NCBI RefSeq assembly: GCF_009914755.1
Contig: NC_060936.1
DNA: 64,000 nucleotides
Strand: one strand, 5' to 3'
Origin: the human T2T-CHM13v2.0 reference genome, Homo sapiens
The stretch's first letter is position 1. Every line of letters starts with the position of its first letter. The position numbers and the translations under genes were made by a program. The notes beneath the pieces are model-generated. The model saw only the letters and a program-made list of their open reading frames with translations, had not been told where the DNA came from and searched no databases. Below, piece by piece: positions 1 through 12,122 of this stretch.

Positions 1-465
1 TAGGAGGATATCCTTCCTCTTCAGATGATTGTGAAGACAAAATGCATCACTCTTCCAACCTTGGAGATCCCTTCCCTCCCTCAGGGTATGGCCCTCCACT
101 CCCTTTTGGGGCATATCATCTTCATAGGACAAGGGTAAGGTCCCAATACTAACAGAAGAAAACTCTTAGGACTCTAACAAGTTTTTGAGAATGTGTCGGT
201 AAGGGCCACTAAATCCAGTTTTTTTCAGTCCTCTTTGTGGTCTAAGAGGAAAGGCAAAGGTGCAGGTTTTTGAGAACGTGTCAGTAAGGGCCACTAAATC
301 CAACCTTCCTCGGTCCTCTCTGTGGTCTAGGAGGAAAACTAGTGTTTCCGCTGCTGCTTCAGTGAGTGCAACTATTCCGATCAGCAGGGTCCAGGGACCG
401 TTGTGGGTTCTTGGGGGAGAGGGTGGGACAAACAAAGCAAAACCATGGGCAGTTTTTTCTTTCAG

Positions 466-1910
466 ATGGGAAACACTCAGGCATCAACAGGCTCACCTTT
501 GAAATGCATCCTAAGCCATTGGGACCAATTTGACCCACAAACCCTGAAAAAGAAGTGGCTTATTTTTTTCTGGACTATGGCTTGACCCCAGTGTTCTCTC
601 TCTGATGGGGAAAAATGACCACCTGAGGAAAGTATAAATTACAATACTATCCTGTGGCTTAAACTTTTCTGTAAGAGGGAAGGCAAATGGAGTTAAATAC
701 CTTGTGACCAAGCTTTCTTTTTATTGAAGGATAATCCACAACTATGCAAAGCTTGCAATTTACATCCCACAGGAGGACCTCTCAGCTGACCTCCATATAC
801 TAGCCTTCCTATAACTCCCCTTCCTATTAATGATAAGCCTCCTCTAATCTCCCCCACCCAGAAGGAAACAAGCAAACAAATCTCCAAGGGACCATAAAGC
901 CCCCCGGGCTATGGGTTATGTCCCCTTCAAGCTGTAAGGGGAGGGGAATTTGGCCCAATCTGGGTACATGTCCCCTTTTCCCTCTCTGATTTAAAGCAGA
1001 TCAAGGTAGACCTGGGGAAGTTTTCAGATGATCCTGATAGGTATATAGATGTCCTACAGGGTCTAGGGCAAACCTTCAACCTCACTTGGAGAGATGTCAT
1101 GCTATTGTTAGATCAAACCCTGGCCTTTAATGAAAAGAATGTGGCTTTAGCTGCAGCCCGAGAGTTTGGAGATACCTGGTATCTTAGTCAAGTAAATGAT
1201 AGAATGACAGCCGAAGAAAGGGACAAGTTCCCTACCGGTCAGCAAGCTGTCCCCAGTATGGATCCCCACTGGGACCTAGACTCAGATCATGGGGACTGGA
1301 GTCACAAACATCTGTTGACCTGTGTTCTAGAAGGACTAAGGAGAATTAGGAAAAACTCATGAATTATTCAATGATGTCCACCATAACTCAGGAAAAGGAA
1401 GAAAATCCTTCTGCCTTCCTTGAGCAGTTACAGAAGGCCTTAAGAAAATATACCCCCCTGTCACCTGACTCCCTCTAGGGTCAATTGATCCTAAAAGATA
1501 AGTTTATTACCCAATCAGCCACAGATATCAGGAGAAAGCTCCAAAAGGCAGCCCTGGGCCCTGAACAAAATCTGGAGGCATTATTATACCTGGCAACCTC
1601 GGAGTTCTATAATAGGGACCAAGAACAGGCCAAAAAAGAAAAGCGAGATCAGAGAAAGGCTGCAGCCTTAGTCATGGCCCTCAGACAAACAAACTTTGGT
1701 GGTTCAGAGAGTACAGAAAATGGAGCATGCCAATCACCCAGTAGGGCTTGTTATCAGTGTGGTTTGCAAGGACACTTTAAAAAAGACTGCCCAACAAGAA
1801 ACAAGCCACCCTCTCACCCATGTCCACAATGCCGAGGCAATCACTGGAAGGTGCACTGCCCCAGGGGACAAAGATTCTCTGGGCCCCCAACCAGATGATC
1901 CAACAACAGG
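466..1910 (+). pseudogene. gag: Defective HERV9 gag (MA-CA-NC), multiple stops and frameshifts
   Basis: ATG at 466, early TGA at 583-585; ORF fragments 1099-1362 (capsid) and 1485-1898 with CYQCGLQGHFKKDC (CX2CX4HX4C) and a second Cys/His box CPQCRGNHWKVHC. Confidence 0.9.
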
Positions 1911-3991
1911 ACTGAGGGTATGTGGGGCAAGTGCCAGCTCATGTCATCACCCTTATTGAGCCCCGGGTAAGTTTAACCATTGAGGGCCAGGAAATTGACT
2001 TCCTCCTGGACACTGGTGCAGCTTTCTCAGTGTTAATCTCCTGCCCCTGATGGCCATCTCCAAGGTCTGTTACCATCCGAGGAATCCTGAGACAGCCTGT
2101 AACCAGGTATTTCTCCCACCTCCTCAGTTGTAGTTGGGAGACTTTGCTCTTTTCACATGTCTTTCTTGTTATGCTTGAAAATACCACACCCTTATTAGGG
2201 AGGGACATATTAGCCAAAGCTGGAGCTATTATCTACATGAATAGGGGAAAGTTACCCATTTGTTGTTCCCTACTTGAGGAAGGAATCAACTCCAAAGTCT
2301 GGACATTTGAAGGACAATTTGGAGAGCAAAAAATGCATGCCTGCCCAGTCCAAATCAGGCTAAAAGACCCCACCACTTTTCCTTATCAAAGGCAATATCC
2401 CATAAGTCCCGAAGCTCATAAAGGATTACAGGATATTGTTAGACATTTAAAAGCTCAAGGCTTAGTAAGAAAATGCAGCAGTCCCTGCAACACCCCAATT
2501 CTAGGAGTACAAAACCAAATGGTCCGTGGAGACTAGTGCAAGATCTTAGACTCATCAATGAAGCAGTAATTCCTCTATATCCAGTTGTACCTAACCCCTA
2601 TACCCTGCTTTCTCAAATACCAGAGTAAGTAGAATGGTTCACTGTTCTGAACCTCAAGGATGTCTTCTGCATTCCCCTGCACTCCGACTCCCAGTTTTTC
2701 TTTGTCTTTGAGGATCCCACAGACCACACATCCCAACTTACATGGACTGTCTTGCCTCCAGGTTTTAGGGATAGCCCTCATCTGTTTGGTCAGGCACTGG
2801 CCCAAGATCTAGGCCACTTCTCAAGTCCAGGCACTCTGGTCCTTCAGTATGTGGATGATTTACTTTTGGCTACAAGTTTAGAATCCTTATGCCAGCAGGC
2901 TACTCTAGATCTCTTGAAATTTCTAGCTAATCAAGGTTACAAGGCGTCTAAATCAAAGGCCCAGCTCTGCCTACAACAAGTCAAATATTTAGGCCTAATC
3001 TTAGCCAGAGGACCCAGGGCCCTCAGCAAGGAATGAATACAGCCTATACTGGCTTATCCTCACCCTAAGACATTAAAACAGTTGTGGGGCTTCCTTGGAA
3101 TCACCAGCTTTTGCCAACTGTGGATCCCAGGATACAGTGAGATGGCCAGACCACTCTATAATCAAGGAGACCCATAGGGCAAATACTCATCTAGTAGAAT
3201 GGGAACTAGAGGCAGAAACAGCCTTCAAAACCTTAAAGCAGGCCCTAGTATAAGCTCCAGCCTAAAGTCTTCCCATAGGACAAAACTTCTCTTTATACGT
3301 CACAGAGAGAGAGTGGGAATAGCTCTTGGAGTCCTTACTCAGACTTATGGGACAACCCCACAACCAGTGGCATATCTAAGTAAGGAAACTGATGTAGTAG
3401 CAAAAGGCTGGCCTCACTGTTTATGGGTGGTTGCAAAGGTGGCTATCTTAGTATCAGAGGCTATCAAAATAATACAAGGAAGGGATCTCACTATCTGGAC
3501 TACTCATGAAGTAAATGGCATACTAGGTGCCAAAGGAAGTTTATGGCTATCAGACAACCACCTGCTTAGATACCAGGTGCTACTCCTTGAGGGACCAGTG
3601 CTTCAAATACACATGTGTGTGGCCCTCAACCCTGCCACTCTTCTCCCATAGGATGGGGAACCAATCAAGCATGACTGCCAACAAATTATAGTCCAGATTT
3701 ATGCCACCCAAGAGGATCTCCTAGAAGTCCCTTTAGCTAATCCTGACCTTAACCTGTATAGGATGGAAGCTCATTTGTGGAGAATGGCATACAACGGGCA
3801 GGTTATGCCATAGTTAGTGATGTAACAGTACTTGAAATTAAGCCTCTTCCCCCAGGGACCAGCACCCAGTTAGCAGAAATAGTGGCACTTACCCGAGCCT
3901 TAGAACTGGAAAAGGGAAAAAGAATAAATGTGTATACAGATAGCAAGTATACTTATCTAATCCTACATGCCCATGCTGCAGTATGGAAAGA
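1911..3991 (+). pseudogene. pol: Defective HERV9 pro-pol (protease, RT, partial RNase H); integrase core absent
   Basis: IDFLLDTGAAFSVL (~1994-2035), PLLGRDIL, LPPGFRDSP and QYVDDLLL (ORF 2752-3036), PVAYLSK, STQLAEIVAL and INVYTDSKY (3777-3990); broken into at least five fragments. Confidence 0.9.
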
Positions 3992-5828
3992 GACACTGGG
4001 AAGGATGAGGCAGTTTCTAAAATATCAATGTTCATAATACATGGGGAATTACATTTCTGCAACCATGTCTTTACATTTTAAATGAAAATACTTGATGTGA
4101 ACAAGTGAGGAGATAAGAGTGAAGGGGTGGAGAGTTCGTGGAAATGGTTTAAAGCCCACCAGCATGGAGGTGGTGGGGGCACCTCCAAGCACAGGTGGCA
4201 GATCCCGCAAGACAGGAGCAGCAGTTAAGGGGGTTGCAGGTGAAGTTGGGGGGCAGCTGATTGTGGGGGAGCTTGTGGTGGGCAGGAGCCCACCCTAGCT
4301 CAGACCCAGGGTCTCAGGAGGATGAAGGACAGCAGATGTGAGGGGTGGGGCCGGTCCTGCAGGACTGGACAGACCCAAGCTGCCAGGGCTGAGTCAGCCA
4401 AGGCTGTGGGGCCCCCTGTGTTACTGAAACCAAAGACGATTCTACCTCCCCAAGGAAGGTACGGGAGCCCAATGTAGTTCGAATCTCCTCTGAGCACCAC
4501 ACTCTTTAGAAAGCCCAAACACAAATTCTCTCCCTATTTTAAAAACTTCTTCCACTTTCAGTCCCCGAAACATGTCCTTAGTCTGCCTTCTGGGGACTTT
4601 TCCACGGCATGTTAAAGGTTTGGGACTTTCAGGACAGTGGGAAGACATCGCAAGCTGCGTAACAGAGGAGTGGTGATTCACCCACGGAGTCATTTCTTGG
4701 ACATTTGTGAGGCTCAGGATGTGCCAGACCTGGGGCCAAATGCCTGCTGCACTCTCTCCTACAGCCGACAGAGACCCTAGACAGCAGGTGCTGTCCTCAG
4801 CCCCTTTCTCCAGATGAGAAAACCAAGGCTTGGACCTGCCCGAGGCCCCAGCCAGCACCTCAGCGGGGCTCCTGGGTCCTGGGGTCCTGGGGTCTGGGCC
4901 GGGCGAGCCCAGGGCCCTGCTCTGAGCAGACACAGCCTGCTGCTTTTCCACGGTTCTGGAGTTAGAAAACAATGGACACACGCTATGAAAGCTGCTCAGC
5001 CCTTTGTCTTTGAAATGGCACCAATGTTGCCGGTTCTGGGAGTTCCCGGGAGAGACAAAGTAACTTAATCTTCCAGAGACTCAGTGAAACCTGCAATAGC
5101 TCTGGTGTCTCCACAAAGTTGGACAACTTCTATCCAATTAATTACCAGAACAAAACCAGAATCAGAAAACATCTTGGATTGCAAGAGTCTTTGGCAATAC
5201 AATTTAACTCTTTCCACCCCTGGAATTAGAAATCCCATTAACAGCCTTTTAAGTTTGAAACAGCTGATTCCAGCTGAGCCTCATTAATTAGCAGCACCCG
5301 CTGGCTGTCTCTTCTCTGGGCTCCTAGGGAGAAGCACAGTCACTCAGAAAATGAGGCCAGGGTGATGAGTGACACAAATGGGCCCACAGCCTGGGACACA
5401 GGGGACATGTCCACATCCTGTGAGAGCAAGGCACACCCAGCTGTCTTCCCATGGGCATCTATGAGCCCCTCTGTGCACTGGGCTTCCTGGCACTACCCTC
5501 CCTGTGGAACCTGGCCGGCTGCCAGGAGAAGCTCAGTGGGCATCATGGGTGCTGGGCGGGGCCTCCCGTCTGCCAGAGGCTTTTATGAGCCCTGGGTGAC
5601 AGCAGCCTGGGAGTCCTGGAGGGGACAGCTGAGGGGATGTCTCTGCTGCAGGCCACATCCCTGGCTTATCTGGGAGTCCCCTGCTCCCTCACTCTGTCCA
5701 CGTGGTCTGGTCTGGGTGGGGCTGACTCCACCCCCAGGTCAGGTGTGCTCCTGTGACCCAGACCTATGAGAGGAGAACATTCCATTCCCATGGACTGGGT
5801 GATGGGTTCCAGGGTGGGCACTTGGCTG

Positions 5829-6414
5829 TGTGTCCGGAATTGGTTCCTTCCAGTAGGTTCTTGGTCTCGCTGACTTCAAGAATGAAGCCACGGACCCTCA
5901 CGGTGAGTGTTACAGTTCTTAAAGATGGTGTGTCCAGAGTTTGGTCCTTTAGATGTTCAGATGTGTCCGGAGTTTCTTCCTTCCGGTGGGTTTGTGGTCT
6001 TGCTTGACTTCAGGAGTGAAGCCACAGACCTTCTCAGTGAGTATTACAGCTCATAAAGGTAGTACAGACCCAAAGAGTGAACAGCAGCAAGATTTATTGT
6101 GAAGAGTGAAAGAACAAAGCTTCCACAGCGTGGAAGGGGACCCAAGCGGGTTGCCACTGCAAGCTCGGGTGGCCAGCTTTTATTCCCTTATTTGGTCCCA
6201 CCCACGTCCTGCTGATTGGTCCATTTTACAGAGTGCTGATTGATCCATTTTACAGAGTGCTGACTGGTCCATTTTTACAGAGTGTGGATTGGTGCATTTA
6301 CAAACCTTTAGCTAAACACAGAGTTCTGATTGGTGTGTTTACAATACTTTAGCTAGACAGAAAAGTTCTCCAAGTCCCCACCCGACCCAGAAGCCCAGCT
6401 GGCTTCACCTCTCA
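5829..6414 (-). mobile_element. LTR12-family LTR (3' LTR of the HERV9 provirus), reverse orientation
   Basis: On - begins TGAGAGGTGAAGCCAGCTGGGCTTCTGGG and ends ...CCAATTCCGGACACA; tandem CCAATCAG-type repeats 6210-6340; polypurine tract adjacent at 6415-6428. Confidence 0.93.
6178..6335 (-). promoter_or_regulatory. LTR12 U3 promoter: three intact CCAAT (NF-Y) boxes and an AATAAAA TATA-equivalent, pointing toward lower coordinates
   Basis: ATTGG on + at 6215-6219, 6288-6292 and 6329-6333; TTTTATT at 6178-6184; known ERV9 LTR architecture. Confidence 0.65.
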
Positions 6415-6429
6415 ATCCCCCCTCTAAAC

Positions 6430-8270
6430 AGGACACCCCAACTGCTGCTGGGAATTGGGCGATGACAGCTCTAGCTACTTCCTGCTGGATAGGGGCGAAG
6501 AAGGGGCCCTGCAGTTGTAGTGTCCTCCAGAGGGGAACTCTTTAGGCCAGCCGGTCGGTCCAGGTGTCCTCAATAGAAGTTCTTAGTTGAGCTCATTTGG
6601 GGTTTCATTTGTAAGACCATCTGTAGCTTGATGGCCTCAATTCTAGAGGGAACAAATTTGACAAGGAGGTTAAAAATACAGGGCCTGAAGGCAAGTAATA
6701 GCAAGATGGCTGTCACAGGACCTAGAAAGGGGAGAAGCCATGTCACCCAACTCCAGAGGGTGGTATAAGAGTTTGAAAGGCATTGTCTGATTTCAGAAGC
6801 CTTTTCCGGTAAACACCGGGTGGCATCTCGTACTATCCCTGACTGGTTAATGTAAAAACAACACTCTTCCCCTAAGAAGGTGCAGAGTCCTCCTTTCTCA
6901 GCAGTGAGGAGGTCTAGGTCTCAGCAGTTTTGGAGAGTCACTGCTGCCAAAGAGTCTATTTGGGATTGTAGAGTAAGGATAGATGTCGTTATTTCTTGCA
7001 AACTGTCTGAGAAATCCTTTGAGAGTGTGTGGTAGTCGGATAATGAAGTAGATAAACTGGCTATTCTGGTTCCTTTAGCAGTAGCCATTCCTAACCCTGT
7101 AAGTAGGGGTATTAGTTGTATGGCTCTGCGCTGACGGACTTGAACTTTGAGGGGTACTGATAGGGTCTGATTTCCTGGGGCAGTGTTAATGTTGGGACTT
7201 AGAAAGACTAAGGTGCAGGTGCCTGTCCAGGTGGTGGGGAGGCAGATATAGGTCGACGTTCCACGTAAGAAGAATATACCTTGGCTGGGTAGACAGAACT
7301 GGTTGTGTATGTTAAAAAGGTGTGAGTTTGTTGTTTTCATTTTCCCATACTCCTAGAGTACTTGCCAAGGTAGCTCCGGTGGGCAGCTGGAAAGGGGTGT
7401 TGGGAGCAAACTGAGTGGCTGCCTGCATTCTATTTTCCCATTGGAGAAAAACCGTTTTGTATCCACTAGGAACCATTCGAGAGAGTGACTGAAAGAGGGG
7501 ATGAGAAGGCATTCACTAGTGGTAGGGGCACTGCTGCAGGGGTTCCAGGGGTGAACAGTCATGCAGGGAGTATGTTTGCCATCACAAAACCTGAACTGTT
7601 TGTTAAGCAGGGAAGAGGTGATTTTGGGGGGACCTGAGAAGCGGACAAGCTGTCTGAATGGAGCTGTTTGGGTGACTCAGAAGTTACTATGATCAGTTGG
7701 GGCTTGAAGATGTAGGGTGTAATTACACTGATGGGGTGGCAGGTGCCCCAGGGGAAGGCCTGATAACAGGTTGCACTGGATGCATAAAGGGGCTTAGAAA
7801 GTTAAGATGGTATTCGTAGTTACAGGGCAGTGTATGGGCTTTTCATTGCTTGTGTAATAGGTGAGGTTGGAAATGTAAGAACATAAAAGTTGGATTGTGG
7901 GTCCTGTTAGGGTACTCTTGGTCCTATCAGAGATGGGGAAGCCGGCTAATGGTTGCATATTTAGAAGTCGGAAAGGGTCTTTTCCTTCATAATGAGGGTG
8001 GTAGGTTAAGCTGGTAAAGACCCAATTTTTTGTGGGAATGGGAGTGGCAATGTAAGCAGAGGTTGATAGAGAGATACAAAGCCAACAGTCATTTGCCCAG
8101 GAAGGATTGGACTGGTTTAACATTGAGTGGGTTAAGTTGAGAGTCTTGTAGAGGTAATTAGGAGCTAGAGGAAGGGGAGGGGTGATTGTATGAGGTATCC
8201 AAGGAAGTAGGAGGGATAGACAGGCAGAGTAAATAGGAAGGTAAAAGGGTGCTCTGGAAGACAAGATCAT
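6430..8270 (-). pseudogene. env: Defective HERV9 env
   Basis: ORF 8270-7794 has a signal-peptide-like start and CWLC motif; ORF 7340-6921 has furin site RQRR|AIQLIPLL and fusion peptide; immunosuppressive domain LQNC*DLDLLTAEKGGLC carries a premature stop at 6921-6923; frameshifted; 3' boundary approximate. Confidence 0.9.
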
Positions 8271-8504
8271 TTTATCCAGGCTGAGTTAAAGGTAGGCATA
8301 AATTGCTGTCAGAAGGAAGGAAGATAGAAAGAAGGTTAATGTGATTAGGATTTTCGTCCCGGTAGGAGCTACAGTATGTAGTCCTATCCTGAAGAGTATG
8401 GTTAATACGCTGCTTAGTAATATGATGAAATAGTAAAAGGATTCCATTAAAGGGGGAAGGAGAGGTGTTACAGATAAAGATTACGTAGGCCTTCACTTAT
8501 CTTT

Positions 8505-8676
8505 TTAAGGAGAAAAGGGTTTTCCTTCAGGATCAGTGGTAGGAGCCTTTTTAGTCTGGGATGTTTCCTTCCGAAATAGGAGATGCAAGTCCTCCAACGG
8601 TTCACAGGTGTATCAAGACTCATCTGGCTGATCTTGGGACCCCCAAGCTGACAGTTCTGCAGGTTCCTCAGGGGTT
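8505..8676 (-). pseudogene. pol: C-terminal tail of HERV9 pol (integrase end)
   Basis: Translates on - as PEEPAELSAWGSQDQPDES*YTCEPLEDLHLLFRKETSQTKKAPTTDPEGKPFSP*, the pol terminus seen upstream of env in HERV9/HERV-W-like elements; similarity ends ~8676. Confidence 0.75.
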
Positions 8677-9369
8677 GTGGACACTCTCACACCCAGTGCA
8701 GCCGCCTGTGACCACCCAAGGACAGTGACGTGGTGCTGAATTTGCCTCCTGTGTGACGTCAGGACCCTGCTCCCCAGTGGGGGCCTCATCCCCAAAAATG
8801 TCTCTGGAGTCTTTGGGGTGCTGCTGTTGACACATGAGATCAGTCCTGCCATCTGATCTGGCACTGCTGCTGGCCCTGCTGCTGGTCACTCAGCTCCTGG
8901 CCACCATGCTGGGGTCTGAGCCCCACGGACGTCCCCACCTCTCAGCCCAGGCACAGGAGGGACACAGGGAGTAGAGTGGGGCGATGACTCCATCACCTCC
9001 CGAGGCCCCGGGAGTGAGTGCTGGGACCCTCTGTCCTAACCCTCTGCCTCCCTGGGTGTTAACCCACCTGGGCAAAAGTGCGTGGTTCAATGCCAAGGCC
9101 AGGGCCATGGGCTCGGCGTTTCCCTGCAAAGTCCCTGGGCTTCTCGGCCCATCACAGGCTTGAGGATCAGCACCTGCAGCCCGTGGTGGTTGTTTTCTCA
9201 TCTGTAAATGCGGATTTGGGCTTTAGAGCTGACTCTGTCACCGAGAGCACAGCCTGTCTTCTCTGTTCCTTTCCTTTGTGACTCAGAGGCCCTCTGCGCC
9301 TTGGTGGGAGGAAGAGGAATCATCCTTGTTGCTGACCCCCTGTGACGGTGCTGGCTGGACGGGGTGTGC

Positions 9370-9535
9370 ATCGTGCCAGGAGCTGGTCCCTCATTCATCC
9401 TCACAGCAGCCCTCCCGGGCTCGCCCGCCGTGACTTTCACTCCCATTTCACAGACGAGGACCCTGAGGTCCAGGGAGGCTGAGTGGGCTGCCCTCCCCAG
9501 CTGGAGCCTGGAGGGGATTTGAACTCGCGCCTCGG
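9370..9535 (-). mobile_element. MIR SINE relic
   Basis: cccatttcacagacgaggaccctgagg...ggatttgaactc resembles the reverse MIR core. Confidence 0.6.
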
Positions 9536-11584
9536 GGCAGAGCCTGTTGCTGGCTGGGCTGGGCTGAGCTGACTCCCCAGGGCCATCAGCTCCACTGCAT
9601 CCTGACCACCTGGGAACTGTGGCCAGCACTTTTCAGGCTCGAAGGCATGGCTGCTTACAGCGTGCCTGAGGATGGGTGTCATCGTCCTCACCCTCTGCAC
9701 TCACTGTACCCGTCTTTGCAGGGTGAGGGCCCTGCCGGGTCCTACTCTGGGCACTGAGGTACAGAGGGAAGCCCTCCTGCCCTGCCCCAGGAGGGTGCTG
9801 GTCTCCACCAGGACACAGATGGAGGTGGATGAGGCCACAGCCCAGAGAAGAAGGGCAAGGTGGCAGGGGGTGCTGGTAGAGGAGTAGGACTAAGGGTGGT
9901 AGTGACACTGGTGAACCCCAGCTGAGGAGGGGCATGGACTCTTCTGCACATCAATGGGGAGCCACAGTATGTTGTAGAGGAAGCTCATTCTGCCCTGGGT
10001 CCCCAGGGAGCTAAGGTCTCAGCCACATTCACCCTCACAGCTGGGCCCTCCAGCCCCTCCCGCCCTGGGAAGTGTGGCCTCTGTTTTTGGTGAGGTCACA
10101 GCTGCAGGGAGGGCCAGGGCGCTGGATGCCTCAGGCTGCAAATGGCTTCACCCAATGCCTCCGGCTGTGGGGCAGAGGCCGGAGCTAGAAATAGACCCGC
10201 AGTGACCCCCACCCCAGCCACACAGGGCAGGCCTCCTGACCACAGGTCCTGGGCCACCCCTTCCTGCTCACGTGGGAGGGAACCCTGGGCTGGGGGAGGC
10301 TGTTCCCCAAACAAGGCCACCTTGTGTAGCTCTCTGAGGGCCTTTTATAATCTCCTTCCCTCCACCAGGACAGCCCAGCTGCAGCCCCTCCTCACCAGCG
10401 ACCCCTGGGCCCTTCGCCTCAGGGCCAGGCAAGCGGAGAGCAGAGAGCAGTGTGTGAGGAGGGAAAAAAGCCGGACTACAGGGACCCCAGCCACCCGCCA
10501 GCCCCTCCCCTGCAGCCTCTCTTCCCAGATGTCAAGGTCCCTGAGCTGCCCCGTGCAGGGAGCAGGGTCAGGTGAGGTCCAACGGAGCCCAGAAGCTGTT
10601 GCAGGAGCAGGACGGAGGAAGCCCTGGGGGAAAGGCCCGGCTCCTGTCCTCCCTGTGTCCCCTCCCCTTCCTCTAAATGCCTGCCCTGCCTCCTGCAATG
10701 GTGGGATGGCCTGGAGGTGCAGAACGAGGCTGGCCCTGCCTTCTCTGGGGAGCTCAGCCACTGGAGGTGCCTGAGTCTGGGTTCATCATTGCAAAGACAG
10801 AACCTGTTCTGCCGTCTTTAGGGAAGGGAAAAGGGCCTGGGGGAGATGGGACAGTCCCCCTCATATCATTGGTGGCAGTGCGTGTAGGAGCAGTCTGTTT
10901 GGAGGACATTTTGTGTAATATCTATTCAAATCAGGTGTGCCCAGCCTAACCTGGGGGCCAGCCCTTTACCATCCTCACACGCTCACATCGGCAGCCAATA
11001 CCTGGACCGTCTAACCAATCAACTGGTTCCATTGACTCACTGACTGGCCTAACCCAACGGCATGAGCAGGGCTGAGGCCACAGGGGAGGAGCAAATCTAG
11101 ACAGCAGTACAATTCGCCATGTCTCCAGAAATTCTTTAGGACATTCTATTGTGCCTGTCCAGGCTCTGATGCTGGCCTCAGCAGCCCCCATCTCCTCCTC
11201 ACATGAGGTCCTGGGCTGTTCCACTGAGCCCTCCACTTTCTGAAATGAATGGGGACACGTTCTATTGTTATTCGAATTGTGGGAAATTCGACAGTTATTC
11301 GAGTTGTGGAAAAGCAGGCTCCAGAACGTCTTGGAGATATGACTTAGCAATCTGCAGGTGTCCACGGTGAGTCCTCCCCAGTAGGAGGAGACAGGAGTCT
11401 CTCTGGAAGGCGAACGCCACAGCTGCCCAGATGTTCTCCTGCAGGGGAACCAGACACCATCATGACCCAAAAGGGCTGCACTTCTCGGGGTTTGCAGAAT
11501 GTGGCAGAGGTGGAAAAACTCGAAAGTCCCTAAACACAGGTAAGCAGATAGCGCAGTGGTGGTGGTGTCTCCCACACTTTGAGT

Positions 11585-12122
11585 CTGTGTTTGCATGTGT
11601 GTGCACACGTGTCTATATGTGCATTTGTATCTGCTTCTTCCATGTGTGCATGCCTCTGTGCATGTGTGTGTGTGTGCATGTACTTCTGTCTCTGTGCATG
11701 TGTGTGTGCATGTGTGTGTCTGTGTGAATGTTTGTGTATCTGTGCATGTGCATGGTTGTGGTATACATGCATGCGTATATATGCATGTGTGCACATGTGT
11801 GCTTGTGTGTGTCTCTGTGTGTGCATGCATATGTGTGCATGTGTGTGTGTGAATGTGTTTGTGTATCTGTGCATGTGCGTGTTTGTGGTATACATGCATA
11901 CGTATATACGCATGTGTGCATACGTGTGCTTGTGTGTGTCTCTCTGTGCACGCATGTGTGTGCATGCGTGTGTCTCTCTGTGTGCATGCATGTGTGTGCA
12001 TGTGCAGATTCATGTTTCTGTGTCTGTGCCATGCACGTCTGTACATATGCACATGTGCATGGGTGCATTCATATGCACACGTGTCTTGTGTACATGCATG
12101 TGTGCCTGTGTGTGAGTGTGCG
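11585..12122. repeat. Degenerate (TG)n/(TGCA)n alternating purine-pyrimidine tract
   Basis: ~540 bp of tgtgtgcatg-type repeats with an internal ~125 bp duplication. Confidence 0.95.

Larger units (their letters stand above)
1..3991 (+). mobile_element. HERV9 (ERV9) internal region, 5' part: leader, gag, pro, RT, RNase H; truncated inside RNase H; 5' LTR would lie upstream of the window
   Basis: Gammaretrovirus-like Gag start MGNTQASTGSPLKCILSHWDQFDPQTL, zinc knuckles, protease LLDTGA, RT YVDD, RNase H VYTDSKY; retroviral similarity ends at HAHAAVWKE (~3991). Confidence 0.93.

Noticed and set aside
181-301. Direct repeat gtttttgagaa.gtgtc.gtaagggccactaaatcc (181 and 266)
   Set aside because: Lies within the HERV9 leader and is probably a family feature rather than locus-specific
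6430-8270. Domesticated syncytin-like env
   Set aside because: Split by stops and frameshifts, including a stop inside the immunosuppressive domain
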